Shown here piece after piece: positions 45,430-55,035 of a stretch of 64,000 nt of DNA. The stretch comes from a virus. Each line of letters opens with the position of its first letter. The first letter of the stretch is position 1. A model generated the notes under the pieces. That model was not told the DNA's origin. It did not search any database and worked only from the letters and a program-made list of their open reading frames with translations. The stretch lies in IMG/VR virus record IMGVR_UViG_3300028393_000021; one strand, given 5' to 3'. The position numbers and the translations under genes were made by a program.

Positions 45430-45783
45430 ATGGCTATTCTAATTATCAATACTGGCTCCACAGCAAATGCAGGAAATGGCGATAGTCTACGCACAGCTTT
45501 TAACAAGGTTAATAGTAATTTTGCATATTTAGGCAGTTCTAGTCGCTCTGGTCCCCAGGGTCTTATAGGGTTCACTGGTAGTCGAGGTAATTTAGGATAT
45601 ACTGGTAGTGTTGGTTATACAGGTTCAGCAAGTACAGCAACTGGATATATTGGTAGTGTTGGATATACTGGATCAGCAAGTGCGGCACGTAATGGTGGAT
45701 CGGCTGCTGGCATGGCCGCGGCTGGATTTAGGCCCTGCTATTACAATCCCACAACTGGTGAGTTTGTCTACGCTAGCTCATAA
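45430..45783 (+). CDS. Short protein with a T4 gp9/gp10-type N-terminal motif plus collagen-like repeats
   Basis: 'INTGSTANAGNGDSLRTAFNKVNSNF' followed by GYTGS repeats. Confidence 0.75.
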   Translation: MAILIINTGSTANAGNGDSLRTAFNKVNSNFAYLGSSSRSGPQGLIGFTGSRGNLGYTGSVGYTGSASTATGYIGSVGYTGSASAARNGGSAAGMAAAGFRPCYYNPTTGEFVYASS

Positions 45784-45795
45784 GTTTTAATCAAT

Positions 45796-45825
45796 AAAAA
45801 AGCCCAGCTTATGCCTGGGCTTTTT
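45796..45825. terminator. Bidirectional intrinsic terminator
   Basis: aaaaaagcccag-cttatgc-ctgggcttttt. Confidence 0.85.
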
Positions 45826-46004
45826 CATATGCTCTCAAAGCTAACTGTCTAGCTAACCATAATCTAAATTTTACGTGATCACTTAGACCTTCATCTTCGT
45901 GATCACATGTATTATCACATGGTACTAGAGTCGGGCGACGATATGCAATATGAAGATTGAGCTCGTCAACTGCATCATAGTCGCTGTCGTCTATTTCCCC
46001 TGGA

Positions 46005-46232
46005 TTACTTCTTTGCAGGTTCAGCAGTTTTTGCTGCGTCCTTGATAGCAGGTGCTTGACTTTTGACAGGCGCAGTTTCAGCCTTCTTTTCTACTTTGCA
46101 ATTCTTGTCTTTAACAGGATCACATTTTGCTGGAGCGGCTAGTGTAGCAGGAGCAGCAGGAGTCTTAGCAGGCTCCGCAGCAAAAGCGGATACTACAAAT
46201 AATGATGCAATAAGAGTGGCGATAGTTTTCAT
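46005..46232 (-). CDS. Secreted Pro/Ala/Lys-rich small protein
   Basis: Signal peptide; 'CDPVKDKNC'; AAGGA ribosome-binding site. Confidence 0.75.
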   Translation of the reverse strand: MKTIATLIASLFVVSAFAAEPAKTPAAPATLAAPAKCDPVKDKNCKVEKKAETAPVKSQAPAIKDAAKTAEPAKK

Positions 46233-46311
46233 TTTAAGTTTCCTTTAGGTTAATGAAATTTATGCTTGACATTAATGTCTTGCATACGTATATAACGCGA
46301 TGGAAGACCAT

Positions 46312-46998
46312 CTAGTTTACAAGAATTTTATTAATTTTACCCAAAGCTACATAGCTATCATGTTGCTCATTCAAAGATAGTATTGATATATTAAAATATT
46401 GAAACATTTGTAAAATGAGTTGATTATCAAACACATGCTGATGTAAGCAACGGTTTTCAATATTCTTCAAAGAACGATTTACAAAGTTCAAAAAGGTTCC
46501 GGCTGCTGGATCCATCGGTAGATCATGTAATTTCAATATCTCTTCCAAATGTGTAAGATCCGAGTCGTCAACATTATTATTCAAATCTTCAAGCAGATGG
46601 TTAAATGTAGTAACTGGGCGATTGTGATCAAAGTTACTTTCTTTTTTTGGTAATACTAAAAATAAAGAACCACCAGGTTTGAGAACACGTATCCATTCTT
46701 GAATTGCTTTAAATGGATTAGCTACATGTTCTAAATTGTGCGATGATAACACTAAGTCGTAGCTGTTATCCGCAATAGGCTGTAGGTCAGTGGCTTCGCA
46801 AATATAAAGATCACCGCTCTGACCGTGTCCGTAATGGTATTGGCCTTTACCTACATTTTGATGTTGTTGCCAAACAGTATTGGCACTGAAATTTACACCG
46901 TCTAGTGAACTAATTGATTGATAAATTTCGTGCAGCCCCCAACTAGGACCGCCAATCTCTATAGCTTTCATTCCACGGCAATATTCTTGATATGTCAT
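46312..46998 (-). CDS. Class I SAM-dependent methyltransferase
   Basis: 'AIEIGG', 'DNSYDLVLSSHNLEHVANP..AI.EW.RVLKPGG'. Confidence 0.88.
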   Translation of the reverse strand: MTYQEYCRGMKAIEIGGPSWGLHEIYQSISSLDGVNFSANTVWQQHQNVGKGQYHYGHGQSGDLYICEATDLQPIADNSYDLVLSSHNLEHVANPFKAIQEWIRVLKPGGSLFLVLPKKESNFDHNRPVTTFNHLLEDLNNNVDDSDLTHLEEILKLHDLPMDPAAGTFLNFVNRSLKNIENRCLHQHVFDNQLILQMFQYFNISILSLNEQHDSYVALGKINKILVN

Positions 46999-47044
46999 AT
47001 ACCCTATATTTACAATGTCAATTAATGACCAACGGGGATTGTGA

Positions 47045-47734
47045 TTACTGTATGCTCAATTCCTGATCATGCAAGTTTCCAATTAAATGCATGAGTTTTT
47101 CTACTATTTTGCTGTTACGCAGGGTCTTGTATACCAGGTTAGGAATCCCTAGTTCTCCGGTCTGTTTTAGACCTAATTTGCGGTAATCTCGTAGCATTTT
47201 CATTACTTTTCTAGCAATTTTGAGGTCGTTTGCTTTCAGAGCGTGGCCCATGACTACTGACCAGATTTTACTCATACGTAATACTTCATCAGTATCAATT
47301 TCTTCTGTTTGCTTTACGGGTCTAGTTTTCCAATCATGTGTACCGATACTATAACTTGCACTAACTGCTGGATGATCGATATCTTCTATATAAAGTTCTA
47401 CGGGTATTCCGTGTATGGTTATGTTGTATTGTTTTTTGTACAATAGTCGTTTAGCATCGAATAATTCTGCTGCTTCGCGATCACATTGTATTGTTTTAAA
47501 ATCTACAATGATATGTAAATCTAAGTCGCTGTGCTTTGTATAGTAAAAACTAACTTGCCCGCCGGTTATTACTAGATCGCTGACCTTAATAGGAACGCCG
47601 ACATATTCAATAAAATCTTTGGCAATTTTTATCAAAGCATTGTTTACCTCAGATTTTAGTTTATCCCCGTTCCATACCAATGGATTGAGAGTATCATGTG
47701 ATTTGAAGCCGAGATTGAATTCTGGAATATGCAT
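47045..47734 (-). CDS. Pol-beta-superfamily nucleotidyltransferase
   Basis: 'ITGG...SDLDLHII' (GG-x-DxD) and a third acidic residue in 'PVELYIED'. Start re-assigned to ATG 47734 (TAAATA-5-ATG). Confidence 0.7.
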   Translation of the reverse strand: MHIPEFNLGFKSHDTLNPLVWNGDKLKSEVNNALIKIAKDFIEYVGVPIKVSDLVITGGQVSFYYTKHSDLDLHIIVDFKTIQCDREAAELFDAKRLLYKKQYNITIHGIPVELYIEDIDHPAVSASYSIGTHDWKTRPVKQTEEIDTDEVLRMSKIWSVVMGHALKANDLKIARKVMKMLRDYRKLGLKQTGELGIPNLVYKTLRNSKIVEKLMHLIGNLHDQELSIQ

Positions 47735-47788
47735 CCAGATATTTATCATGTATGTTTGATTTAAAATAACTATTAGTTAAATATAATT

Positions 47789-48352
47789 ATGATTGAACAA
47801 ACATATCAGGGGTATCTGCTTGCATCGCATCCTAAACGTGTAGATCCGTATCTTAGAAGAAGCACAATGCTAATTATGGAACATAGTCTGGGTGGTGCCA
47901 TTGGATTACAAATTAATAAAAATTACAGTAATCTTACCCTAAAAAGTGTTATGGAAAATGTAGGGTTATCATTACCCAATGCACAAGATTATCCATTGTA
48001 TAATGGTGGACCCATACACACAAATAGAATTCATGTTGTACATACGCTTGATTGGTATAGTCCCACTACAATGAGAATAAATGATAAAATTGGCGTTAGT
48101 AAAGATATAAGTGTACTAACTGCACTGGCAAATAATGAAGGACCAGAGTATTTTAGAACCATAGCAGGTTATACCAAATGGTTACCAGGGCACTTAGATG
48201 GTGAGATTATAGGTGAAGACCCCTGGTCAATTAATCACTCATGGACATTTATCCCTGCAGATGTCAATACATTATTTGGACTTGACGACATCGATCAATG
48301 GCATAGGGTAATTTCTGAAAGTGGGAGGATACAAGTCTCCCACTGGTTTTAA
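47789..48352 (+). CDS. YqgE/AlgH (DUF179) family protein
   Basis: 'GYLLAS.P..VDPY..RS...EHS..GAIGL.IN...Y.GGP...GY..W.PG.LD.EI...SW...PAD...LF'. Confidence 0.85.
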   Translation: MIEQTYQGYLLASHPKRVDPYLRRSTMLIMEHSLGGAIGLQINKNYSNLTLKSVMENVGLSLPNAQDYPLYNGGPIHTNRIHVVHTLDWYSPTTMRINDKIGVSKDISVLTALANNEGPEYFRTIAGYTKWLPGHLDGEIIGEDPWSINHSWTFIPADVNTLFGLDDIDQWHRVISESGRIQVSHWF

Positions 48353-49797
48353 TCGCGTTCGCTATTTAATCCAGCAAGTATAGTCCTAATATCCCCTACC
48401 TTAGAACCCTTGTTGAATTTGTTAATACCTATTCCCTGAGTAGGATTTACGTCTGTTATTTCTCCAGTATCAGGATGAGTAGTAGTCGAAACAACACTAG
48501 TTCTTTTCAATCCATTATATATACTATTTGATTTGTTGCTTTGCTGGCTAAGGCTTGAGTCTTGTTCATCTTCACCAAGATCACTAATACGCAATGTTTC
48601 TAGGTTAAATTCTAATTCAACTTTTTGTCCAACTCCACTACTTGAACGTGTCTTCATAAACTGTATTTGATAACGTCCGCGTTCTTTCATAGCTCTACTG
48701 GTAAAGATACCTATCACATTATCTGCTGTCATAATCTTACTTAATCCACCTGAGATATGACTGTGATCAAACTCGATTTCCTCAACTGCACTACGATTTA
48801 ACTGACTAGCAGTTACAGTAATGCATTGTGTTTCCATGGCTAGATTTCTAATCTCTTCTGATACATACTTGTCTTTAACAAACAAATCACTTGGACTGAC
48901 TTTAACACTTAATGGCATCATTAAATCTAAGTAATCAATAAGAAGTACATCGGGTTTACATCCTTTCTTTACTTGATATTCTTTCAAATATGCACGTATA
49001 TCATTACAGTTCTTACCTGATGGCATATACTTAACTTGTAAGTTGCCTGACCTCTTACCGAGAACTTTAACTTTTAATTCTACATCGTCAATGTTCTTAA
49101 AGATCTCTCTAGTTCCGATTCCTGTGGTCATAGAATCTAAACGCATAGCAACTAGCCCTTCACTTAACTCAAATGTTAGATATAACACATTTAGTCCTGC
49201 CATGGCCCAGTTTACGCCTAAATTTGCCAAGAACAAACTTTTACCACCTCCCGATCCTGCACAGAATATATTCAGTTCACCTCTATTAAAACCACCATAT
49301 AACTTACGATCAATGCTGGGCCAACCTGTGCTAATTTGACCATTACCATCTTTAAGTTTAGTAAGACGTGCTCTAGGATCTTCAAAGTAATCCGTACCCA
49401 TATCCTTATTCAGTGATATCTGTATAGCATCTTTAATTAGTTTTTCTACAGGACCGTAGTCGCCTTTTTCCAACAAGTCTGCGCTATCTAAAATAGCTCG
49501 CTCAAGACCCTTGTGTCGACTAAAGTTTTCAAATTCATCCATTAGCCATTCATAATTTTCTTTGGGTAATACCACTGGTTTTAGATCTATGCCAACACTG
49601 GCATTAACAATACTTGCTTCGGGCATGACTTTATATTCATCAACATACTGGTTAATGAAATCGGCAGTATCTCTCAGACGTTGATCAAAATTAAGAGGAT
49701 CAAAAATGTTTTGGCAACGTGCAAATGTTTCGCCATTGCTCATAAACATTTCTAGATATAACTTTTGTATATCATAATTATAATTTGGTTTAGTCAT
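48349..49797 (-). CDS. Replicative DnaB-like helicase (T4 gp41-like)
   Basis: 'GELNIFCAGSGGGKS', 'LLIDYLDLM', 'TASQLNR', 'QFMKTR'. Confidence 0.93.
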   Translation of the reverse strand: MTKPNYNYDIQKLYLEMFMSNGETFARCQNIFDPLNFDQRLRDTADFINQYVDEYKVMPEASIVNASVGIDLKPVVLPKENYEWLMDEFENFSRHKGLERAILDSADLLEKGDYGPVEKLIKDAIQISLNKDMGTDYFEDPRARLTKLKDGNGQISTGWPSIDRKLYGGFNRGELNIFCAGSGGGKSLFLANLGVNWAMAGLNVLYLTFELSEGLVAMRLDSMTTGIGTREIFKNIDDVELKVKVLGKRSGNLQVKYMPSGKNCNDIRAYLKEYQVKKGCKPDVLLIDYLDLMMPLSVKVSPSDLFVKDKYVSEEIRNLAMETQCITVTASQLNRSAVEEIEFDHSHISGGLSKIMTADNVIGIFTSRAMKERGRYQIQFMKTRSSSGVGQKVELEFNLETLRISDLGEDEQDSSLSQQSNKSNSIYNGLKRTSVVSTTTHPDTGEITDVNPTQGIGINKFNKGSKVGDIRTILAGLNSERD

Positions 49798-50788
49798 AGA
49801 GTGATTGTAATTTTTTCTTTAATAGTTGTATTTTTATCTCGTTTAATTCTCTGTAATGTAATATTGTGAATAATGTATATATTCTCCCATACTTTGCTAC
49901 AGCATCTGCTACATCTTTAACATCATTCCAGGGCGGTACGCTAACAGCCCAACCATGCGTTAGTGCTGCTTGGATTAATTTTAAGCCGGCCTTATCTCTA
50001 TCAGGAACAACTATCACCTGTTTGCCTAGAGCATTAATTCTAGCGCATTGGGTTTCATTTGGTTCATTATGCATGATTGCAACACCATCTATGCCTATTG
50101 CATCAAATTGTCCTTCAACTACTATTGTATATTCTCTGTTATTTTTTTGACGGTCTATATTGAATACATATCCTGATTGAGCATCTGTTAGATACTTAGG
50201 TTTCCCTTCGGTAATCTTTCTACCAGTATAACCAACTATCTTACCATCTTGATAAAATGGAATTATTACTCGATCAACGTATCCAGGTGCAGGACTCCAC
50301 ATCCAATTATACCAGTCAAGTTCCATACCTCGACCTATAATGTATTCGACTACCTTACCTATATCTTCTCCAATATCAGGTAAATGGGCAGTATTGATCC
50401 ACTCCATTACCGTCATTGTACCATCCGGTAGAGGTCGTTCTTCCAATGTAAATGTAATTGTTTTTTTAGAAACAGGTTGATCGTCTTTGAGTTTTAGTGC
50501 TATCAATCCAAGTTTAGAAATTTCATTGTCTGATAACCCTAACCATTTAAACAAACTTTTGGTATTCTTAGTTAGTAGATGTCCGGGTGTCCACCCTGCC
50601 TTAAAATTACAATTAAAACAATGATATGTCCAACCACCCTTGACTGTTAACAGTATGCCGCCCCGTTGCCGTGTATCTTTACTATTACCAGTATGTATGC
50701 AACAGGGCGCATTAAAGCTAGCCCACCCACTTGGAGTGTTTTTTCTTTTTGGTAATAGTGCTAACAGGGCATCCTGTATTTCGTTCAT
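49790..50788 (-). CDS. DNA primase (T4 gp61-like)
   Basis: Zn-binding 'APCC...HCFNC'; TOPRIM 'VVEGQFDA', 'VPDRDKAG', 'KDVADA'. Confidence 0.92.
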   Translation of the reverse strand: MNEIQDALLALLPKRKNTPSGWASFNAPCCIHTGNSKDTRQRGGILLTVKGGWTYHCFNCNFKAGWTPGHLLTKNTKSLFKWLGLSDNEISKLGLIALKLKDDQPVSKKTITFTLEERPLPDGTMTVMEWINTAHLPDIGEDIGKVVEYIIGRGMELDWYNWMWSPAPGYVDRVIIPFYQDGKIVGYTGRKITEGKPKYLTDAQSGYVFNIDRQKNNREYTIVVEGQFDAIGIDGVAIMHNEPNETQCARINALGKQVIVVPDRDKAGLKLIQAALTHGWAVSVPPWNDVKDVADAVAKYGRIYTLFTILHYRELNEIKIQLLKKKLQSLYD

Positions 50789-50793
50789 GCACT

Positions 50794-50822
50794 ATTTTAA
50801 CTTCTATATAAGATTTTGTCAA
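50794..50822 (-). promoter_or_regulatory. Sigma70 promoter for the primase, lying in the 3' end of the upstream gene
   Basis: TTGACA-17-TAAAAT-5 nt-ATG. Confidence 0.7.
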
Positions 50823-51594
50823 GGGTTCCGGAGGTTGGAATATGGATAACCCGTACATAGGAATAAACACCCTTAAAGTTTTGATATTTAATTCCGGATT
50901 GTCCGGTATAAGTTAAAGTTGAAATAGTACTATAATTGCCACTTGACCCCGGATTATTATCCAAAGTTCCTTGAATATAGATTGTTCCGGAATATCCTGT
51001 TAGATATAGTTGCATTGTATGCAATGCATCATTACCATTATATTCCGGATTTGCATATAAATTACCGCTATAGTATTCATAATTACCTGTACTGGAATTA
51101 ATTATACCATTAAATGTAGTAACTGATATGCTATCTTTAAGTACTGGATTTATATCATTGTTAAGATGAATTGTACCTGCCATACCGTAATATGTATCAG
51201 CATATGCAGGTGTATAACTATTATCACTATCTAAAACTTTGATCCCGTATTGATAACTAGTTCTATCTAAATCTAACGTATCGCTTTCATTAAGAGTTAG
51301 TAATGCTAATCCTTTAGTAGAAGTAGACCCATTATCGAGAACATCTAAATTTTTATTAATAATCAATCGTTGATTAATAGCATCAAACATGCTGAATACA
51401 AATGTTTGTGTATTTGATATTCTAATTTTTTTCTGATCGCTATTCTTAAATTGTATTTGAATTTGATTTTTGATGCCTTTTTGTATTTTTAAATCTCGTT
51501 GATACATTATTCGGTTAACTCCTACTATATTAGTATCCATATCTAATATAACGTTAATTGTATTTGGATATAAATAGATTGGTAAATTCTGCAT
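50797..51594 (-). CDS. Hypothetical protein (possibly structural)
   Basis: TAAATA 4 nt upstream of the ATG. Confidence 0.7.
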   Translation of the reverse strand: MQNLPIYLYPNTINVILDMDTNIVGVNRIMYQRDLKIQKGIKNQIQIQFKNSDQKKIRISNTQTFVFSMFDAINQRLIINKNLDVLDNGSTSTKGLALLTLNESDTLDLDRTSYQYGIKVLDSDNSYTPAYADTYYGMAGTIHLNNDINPVLKDSISVTTFNGIINSSTGNYEYYSGNLYANPEYNGNDALHTMQLYLTGYSGTIYIQGTLDNNPGSSGNYSTISTLTYTGQSGIKYQNFKGVYSYVRVIHIPTSGTLDKILYRS

Positions 51595-51615
51595 AAGGTA
51601 TTTATTTTAATTACG

Positions 51616-51993
51616 ATGAAAGATCAATTTCAAGAAAAATTCCCGTTTATTTCCTGTGTACAGTCTAATGAAAAAGAATATGTAGGCATTATTATCAATT
51701 TTGATAATGTTATTGCCAGTATATATGACATATCAATGATGTTAGATGAACAAACAAAAATAGCATTCTTAGAATTAGGGGAAGTTTGGTGGTGGGAAAG
51801 TAACCGCAGAATCCCTATCAATATTTTTCTTAAATCAGAAATGCAATCTTTTAAATCATTTATTAAAACATTCAATGCTAAAGAAGCATTGTTAGTTTTT
51901 GGCCCTGTTGTTAATTTAAGTGAAATTGCAGAAAAAAGAGTTAAACGTAAGTCAATACAGTTAGTACGATCTGTTAAGAGTATCCGTAGCTGA
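51616..51993 (+). CDS. Conserved hypothetical protein
   Basis: ORF track; 'WWWESNRRIPINIFL'. Confidence 0.7.
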   Translation: MKDQFQEKFPFISCVQSNEKEYVGIIINFDNVIASIYDISMMLDEQTKIAFLELGEVWWWESNRRIPINIFLKSEMQSFKSFIKTFNAKEALLVFGPVVNLSEIAEKRVKRKSIQLVRSVKSIRS

Positions 51994-52558
51994 GTTTTTC
52001 ACAGATTAGATTCAACTGCACTACAATAACACTGGCATAAGAAACAGCATGGGCCTTCTTAAAGAAATAGGAATCTTCAGTTTTAATCCATATTTCATCT
52101 TTGATAGCATGGAAACTTTTTTCCTTGCATATTGGGATGAGATGTTTTTTCCCAGGTCTGATCATGGCAAGGACCATGGCTAATTCAATAATACTTGTGG
52201 GTTTTAATTGAGCAAGTAAGTTATGATATCCGCTAATGTGAAACAATTGATCACATATCTCTTTCTCATACAGTAAATCCCACAGTGGCTCTGTGTTAAG
52301 TAAATAGGTTAGCTGTTCTTCATTCTTAACATCTTTATATGCTGTGACATTTAGAAAATCTATTTTAAAATATCCACGGTCTTCGGCAGATTTATAATCG
52401 ATACTAGCAGTGCCTGTTAGTGGATTGTACGGAATAGCATGACAATACACTCCGGTATTGTGCTTTTTAAAAGTTCCGTTATCATCAATCATCGCAGGGA
52501 TATGCCGAATTAAATCAAGCACAGTTTTTCTATCAGGAAAGTCAATATCTATGTCCAT
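51974..52558 (-). CDS. Miniature DnaE (C-family DNA polymerase III alpha palm-like) protein
   Basis: 'DIDIDF', 'KHNTGVY', 'GYFKIDFL', 'LAMIRPG' and 'YFFKKAHAVSYA' in DnaE order within 194 aa. Confidence 0.8.
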   Translation of the reverse strand: MDIDIDFPDRKTVLDLIRHIPAMIDDNGTFKKHNTGVYCHAIPYNPLTGTASIDYKSAEDRGYFKIDFLNVTAYKDVKNEEQLTYLLNTEPLWDLLYEKEICDQLFHISGYHNLLAQLKPTSIIELAMVLAMIRPGKKHLIPICKEKSFHAIKDEIWIKTEDSYFFKKAHAVSYASVIVVQLNLICEKLSYGYS

Positions 52559-53064
52559 TATATTTGTCTAACCTCTACTCCGGATTTTTCGAGGAATTTG
52601 ATACCCGAATCATCTCTATAGTTTTCATTATACCATACACGACTAATGCCTGACTGAAAAATGAGCTTGGCACATTCCATACAAGGACTGTGAGTAACAA
52701 ATAAATCAGCCCCAAGACCACTGTTGTTAGACTTCGCCAATTTTGCAAGGGAGTTTGATTCAGCATGTAATACCTCTGGTTTAGTTTTTAATCCGTATCG
52801 GACATCTCGTTGGGCACCTTCGTGCCAGCCTTCGTAAGGATATATGACATCAAACTCTTCGGGGTCAAGCCAACCCCCTGCACCTTTATCCCAAACTTTG
52901 TCTTCACATTCGTTATCCCATCCCGCTGGTGTGCCGTTATAGCCGTAGCTAATGACACTGTCATCTTTGACAATGACAGCACCGACTTGGAGTCTTTTAG
53001 CGTGACTAAGTTGGGCTGTGCGTTTTGCCCAATCCATATAAAGTTCAATAAATTTTTGTTTCAT
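52558..53064 (-). CDS. dCMP deaminase
   Basis: 'QVGAVIVKD..IS.GYNG', 'HAE.N', 'SPCMEC'. Confidence 0.93.
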   Translation of the reverse strand: MKQKFIELYMDWAKRTAQLSHAKRLQVGAVIVKDDSVISYGYNGTPAGWDNECEDKVWDKGAGGWLDPEEFDVIYPYEGWHEGAQRDVRYGLKTKPEVLHAESNSLAKLAKSNNSGLGADLFVTHSPCMECAKLIFQSGISRVWYNENYRDDSGIKFLEKSGVEVRQI

Positions 53065-53112
53065 TTAATTTCCATCCATGTTGCTCACAAAAACTTTTTA
53101 TATTTTCCATAC

Positions 53113-53808
53113 TTATTTTATACCTGCCTCGTTTAAAATTTCATTCACTAATAACACATCAGCAGGAGATTCTTTAAATTTCTTCAACCAAAATTTAATA
53201 TCAAAGGCCGGAGAGATCATAGCCAATTGTTCGTCATTCATTTTACTAACCATATCTTTACCCGAGGCTGAATTTAGTATTACCCAAGAACTAACTCTAC
53301 CATTTAATACATCATATACTGCTTTATTCAAACTAACTTGTGAAAAGTATTGTGTAAATTCTATACTATGCTCATCGCCCCATTCCATCATAGTTTGTAA
53401 TGTACGTTGTACAGCACTTTCGACGGGCTCTAACTTTAATGTTTCAAACAGATATTGATCATACAATTCATCTCGGCACCAGTGATCTAACTTAACTCCG
53501 CTCTTGATTACAAAGTCAATAAATTTAGTTGGATATAAAGGACTTACATTATTAATAAAACTTCCAAATTTTACAAATGCATTGTAATAACTGCTATCCG
53601 CAAATTCATTATAATTTTTATTTTTTTTGGCATTTTGTGTTAGTTGCCAAAAACGATTAAATGCCATGAAGCCTGCTTGTACACGTTTCTCATCTTTTTG
53701 TAAAGCTCGCCTTTTTCGTTCACACATATGCGCCACGAGAGTTTTTTCTTGCATAAAACTCTTGTTACACCATATGCAACTATGTGGTTGACTTACTAAT
53801 GCAATCAC
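53113..53808 (-). CDS. Hypothetical protein with an N-terminal Zn finger
   Basis: 'CIWCNKSF...HMC'. Confidence 0.7.
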   Translation of the reverse strand: MIALVSQPHSCIWCNKSFMQEKTLVAHMCERKRRALQKDEKRVQAGFMAFNRFWQLTQNAKKNKNYNEFADSSYYNAFVKFGSFINNVSPLYPTKFIDFVIKSGVKLDHWCRDELYDQYLFETLKLEPVESAVQRTLQTMMEWGDEHSIEFTQYFSQVSLNKAVYDVLNGRVSSWVILNSASGKDMVSKMNDEQLAMISPAFDIKFWLKKFKESPADVLLVNEILNEAGIK

Positions 53809-54296
53809 TCGTATTCTTTACGTTGTTTTTTATCAAATCCCATACCGTCTAACAACTCATCTTTTTCAGTGTCAGTCATTAACTTAGCCAATAGTTTAAC
53901 GTCTTCAATTTTATAACTAGGATGAAGTTCTGCCAACAACTTCTCAATTTTATTAAATTCTTTTTTAAGTGCAGGTAGATATGGATGATACGTTTTGACT
54001 CCGGCACCAACTGCTGCATATAGTTGCCACAATAATTTTTCGTTATCTTTACCTAAACTAAAATAGTTTTTATTTACTAATTCGTTGGTACGTTCTATAA
54101 ACCATTCTTGCAAGTCACTATCATTAGAGTCAACATTACTAACATAGCGCATTAGTATATATGGACTAAATTCTTTTAATTCTGCCGTAGACAGATTGTC
54201 GTAGAAGTCGTAATTCTTATTATCAACCGCAGATAGTACTCGAGATATATCGAGTTCTCTTTTCTTTTTAGGTTTACTTGTCTTTGCGGTTGCCAT
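53805..54296 (-). CDS. Possible clamp-loader small subunit (gp62-like)
   Basis: 'FSPYILMRYVS'; size and context; weak similarity from memory. Confidence 0.4.
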   Translation of the reverse strand: MATAKTSKPKKKRELDISRVLSAVDNKNYDFYDNLSTAELKEFSPYILMRYVSNVDSNDSDLQEWFIERTNELVNKNYFSLGKDNEKLLWQLYAAVGAGVKTYHPYLPALKKEFNKIEKLLAELHPSYKIEDVKLLAKLMTDTEKDELLDGMGFDKKQRKEYE

Positions 54297-54531
54297 ATGT
54301 TTTTTCGTAGTGATCTGTTAGATAGTATGTTACTTTAACACGTTCTAAAGCTGCGTGTAAAGTGGGATTTGTTTCGGCCGCACGTCTTATATTTCCCCAT
54401 AGTTTTCTCTCCATTATATCATCATGCAGTGATTTTTTCTTTTCACTTTCAGAATGCAACGTACGATCAATAGAGCCGGCCTCTCTGACATAAACAGTTT
54501 TGCCGTTGTCCGGACTTTCAAATATTGGCAT
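54274..54531 (-). CDS. Hypothetical protein
   Basis: Start re-assigned to ATG 54531 (TAATG coupling). Confidence 0.7.
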   Translation of the reverse strand: MPIFESPDNGKTVYVREAGSIDRTLHSESEKKKSLHDDIMERKLWGNIRRAAETNPTLHAALERVKVTYYLTDHYEKTYGNRKDK

Positions 54532-55034
54532 TACCAGCACCTCGTATAATCCACTAGTTCACTTTGACGACTGACTTCTTTGACAAAATATGCACAAACA
54601 GGTTTAGCGCCTGACTCTAATGGAGTGCATAGTAGCTGTCCAGGTTTCATTTTTGGAAAATACCATTTAACATCTTGATAGATATCAACTATATCAATAT
54701 CGTGAAACTCGGGTCTAAACCCAGATATTGGATTAAAGCAAAATGTTCTAAAACCTCTATCATTAAGACTAGTTAGCGGCAATACTTCCATTTCGGGCCC
54801 TGCAGGATCACCCACAATAGTACACCAATCCAGCGGCATAGTAAGGTCGTATGGTCCAATTTTTAATACAGCAGCGGGGCCTGTAAAACTTTCTAAAAAG
54901 ATCAAAGGTATAAAAAAATAATCTGGATTTTTATTATCACTATTATCTAGTACAGAAAATCTCAAATCTTCATCTACTTCTTCGGGTAGATCATTTAGGA
55001 AGAATACTTTATTTTCTAAGGTTAGTATTTGCAT
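54531..55034 (-). CDS. Conserved hypothetical protein
   Basis: Tightly packed ORF downstream of UvsW. Confidence 0.75.
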   Translation of the reverse strand: MQILTLENKVFFLNDLPEEVDEDLRFSVLDNSDNKNPDYFFIPLIFLESFTGPAAVLKIGPYDLTMPLDWCTIVGDPAGPEMEVLPLTSLNDRGFRTFCFNPISGFRPEFHDIDIVDIYQDVKWYFPKMKPGQLLCTPLESGAKPVCAYFVKEVSRQSELVDYTRCW

Positions 55035-55035
55035 G

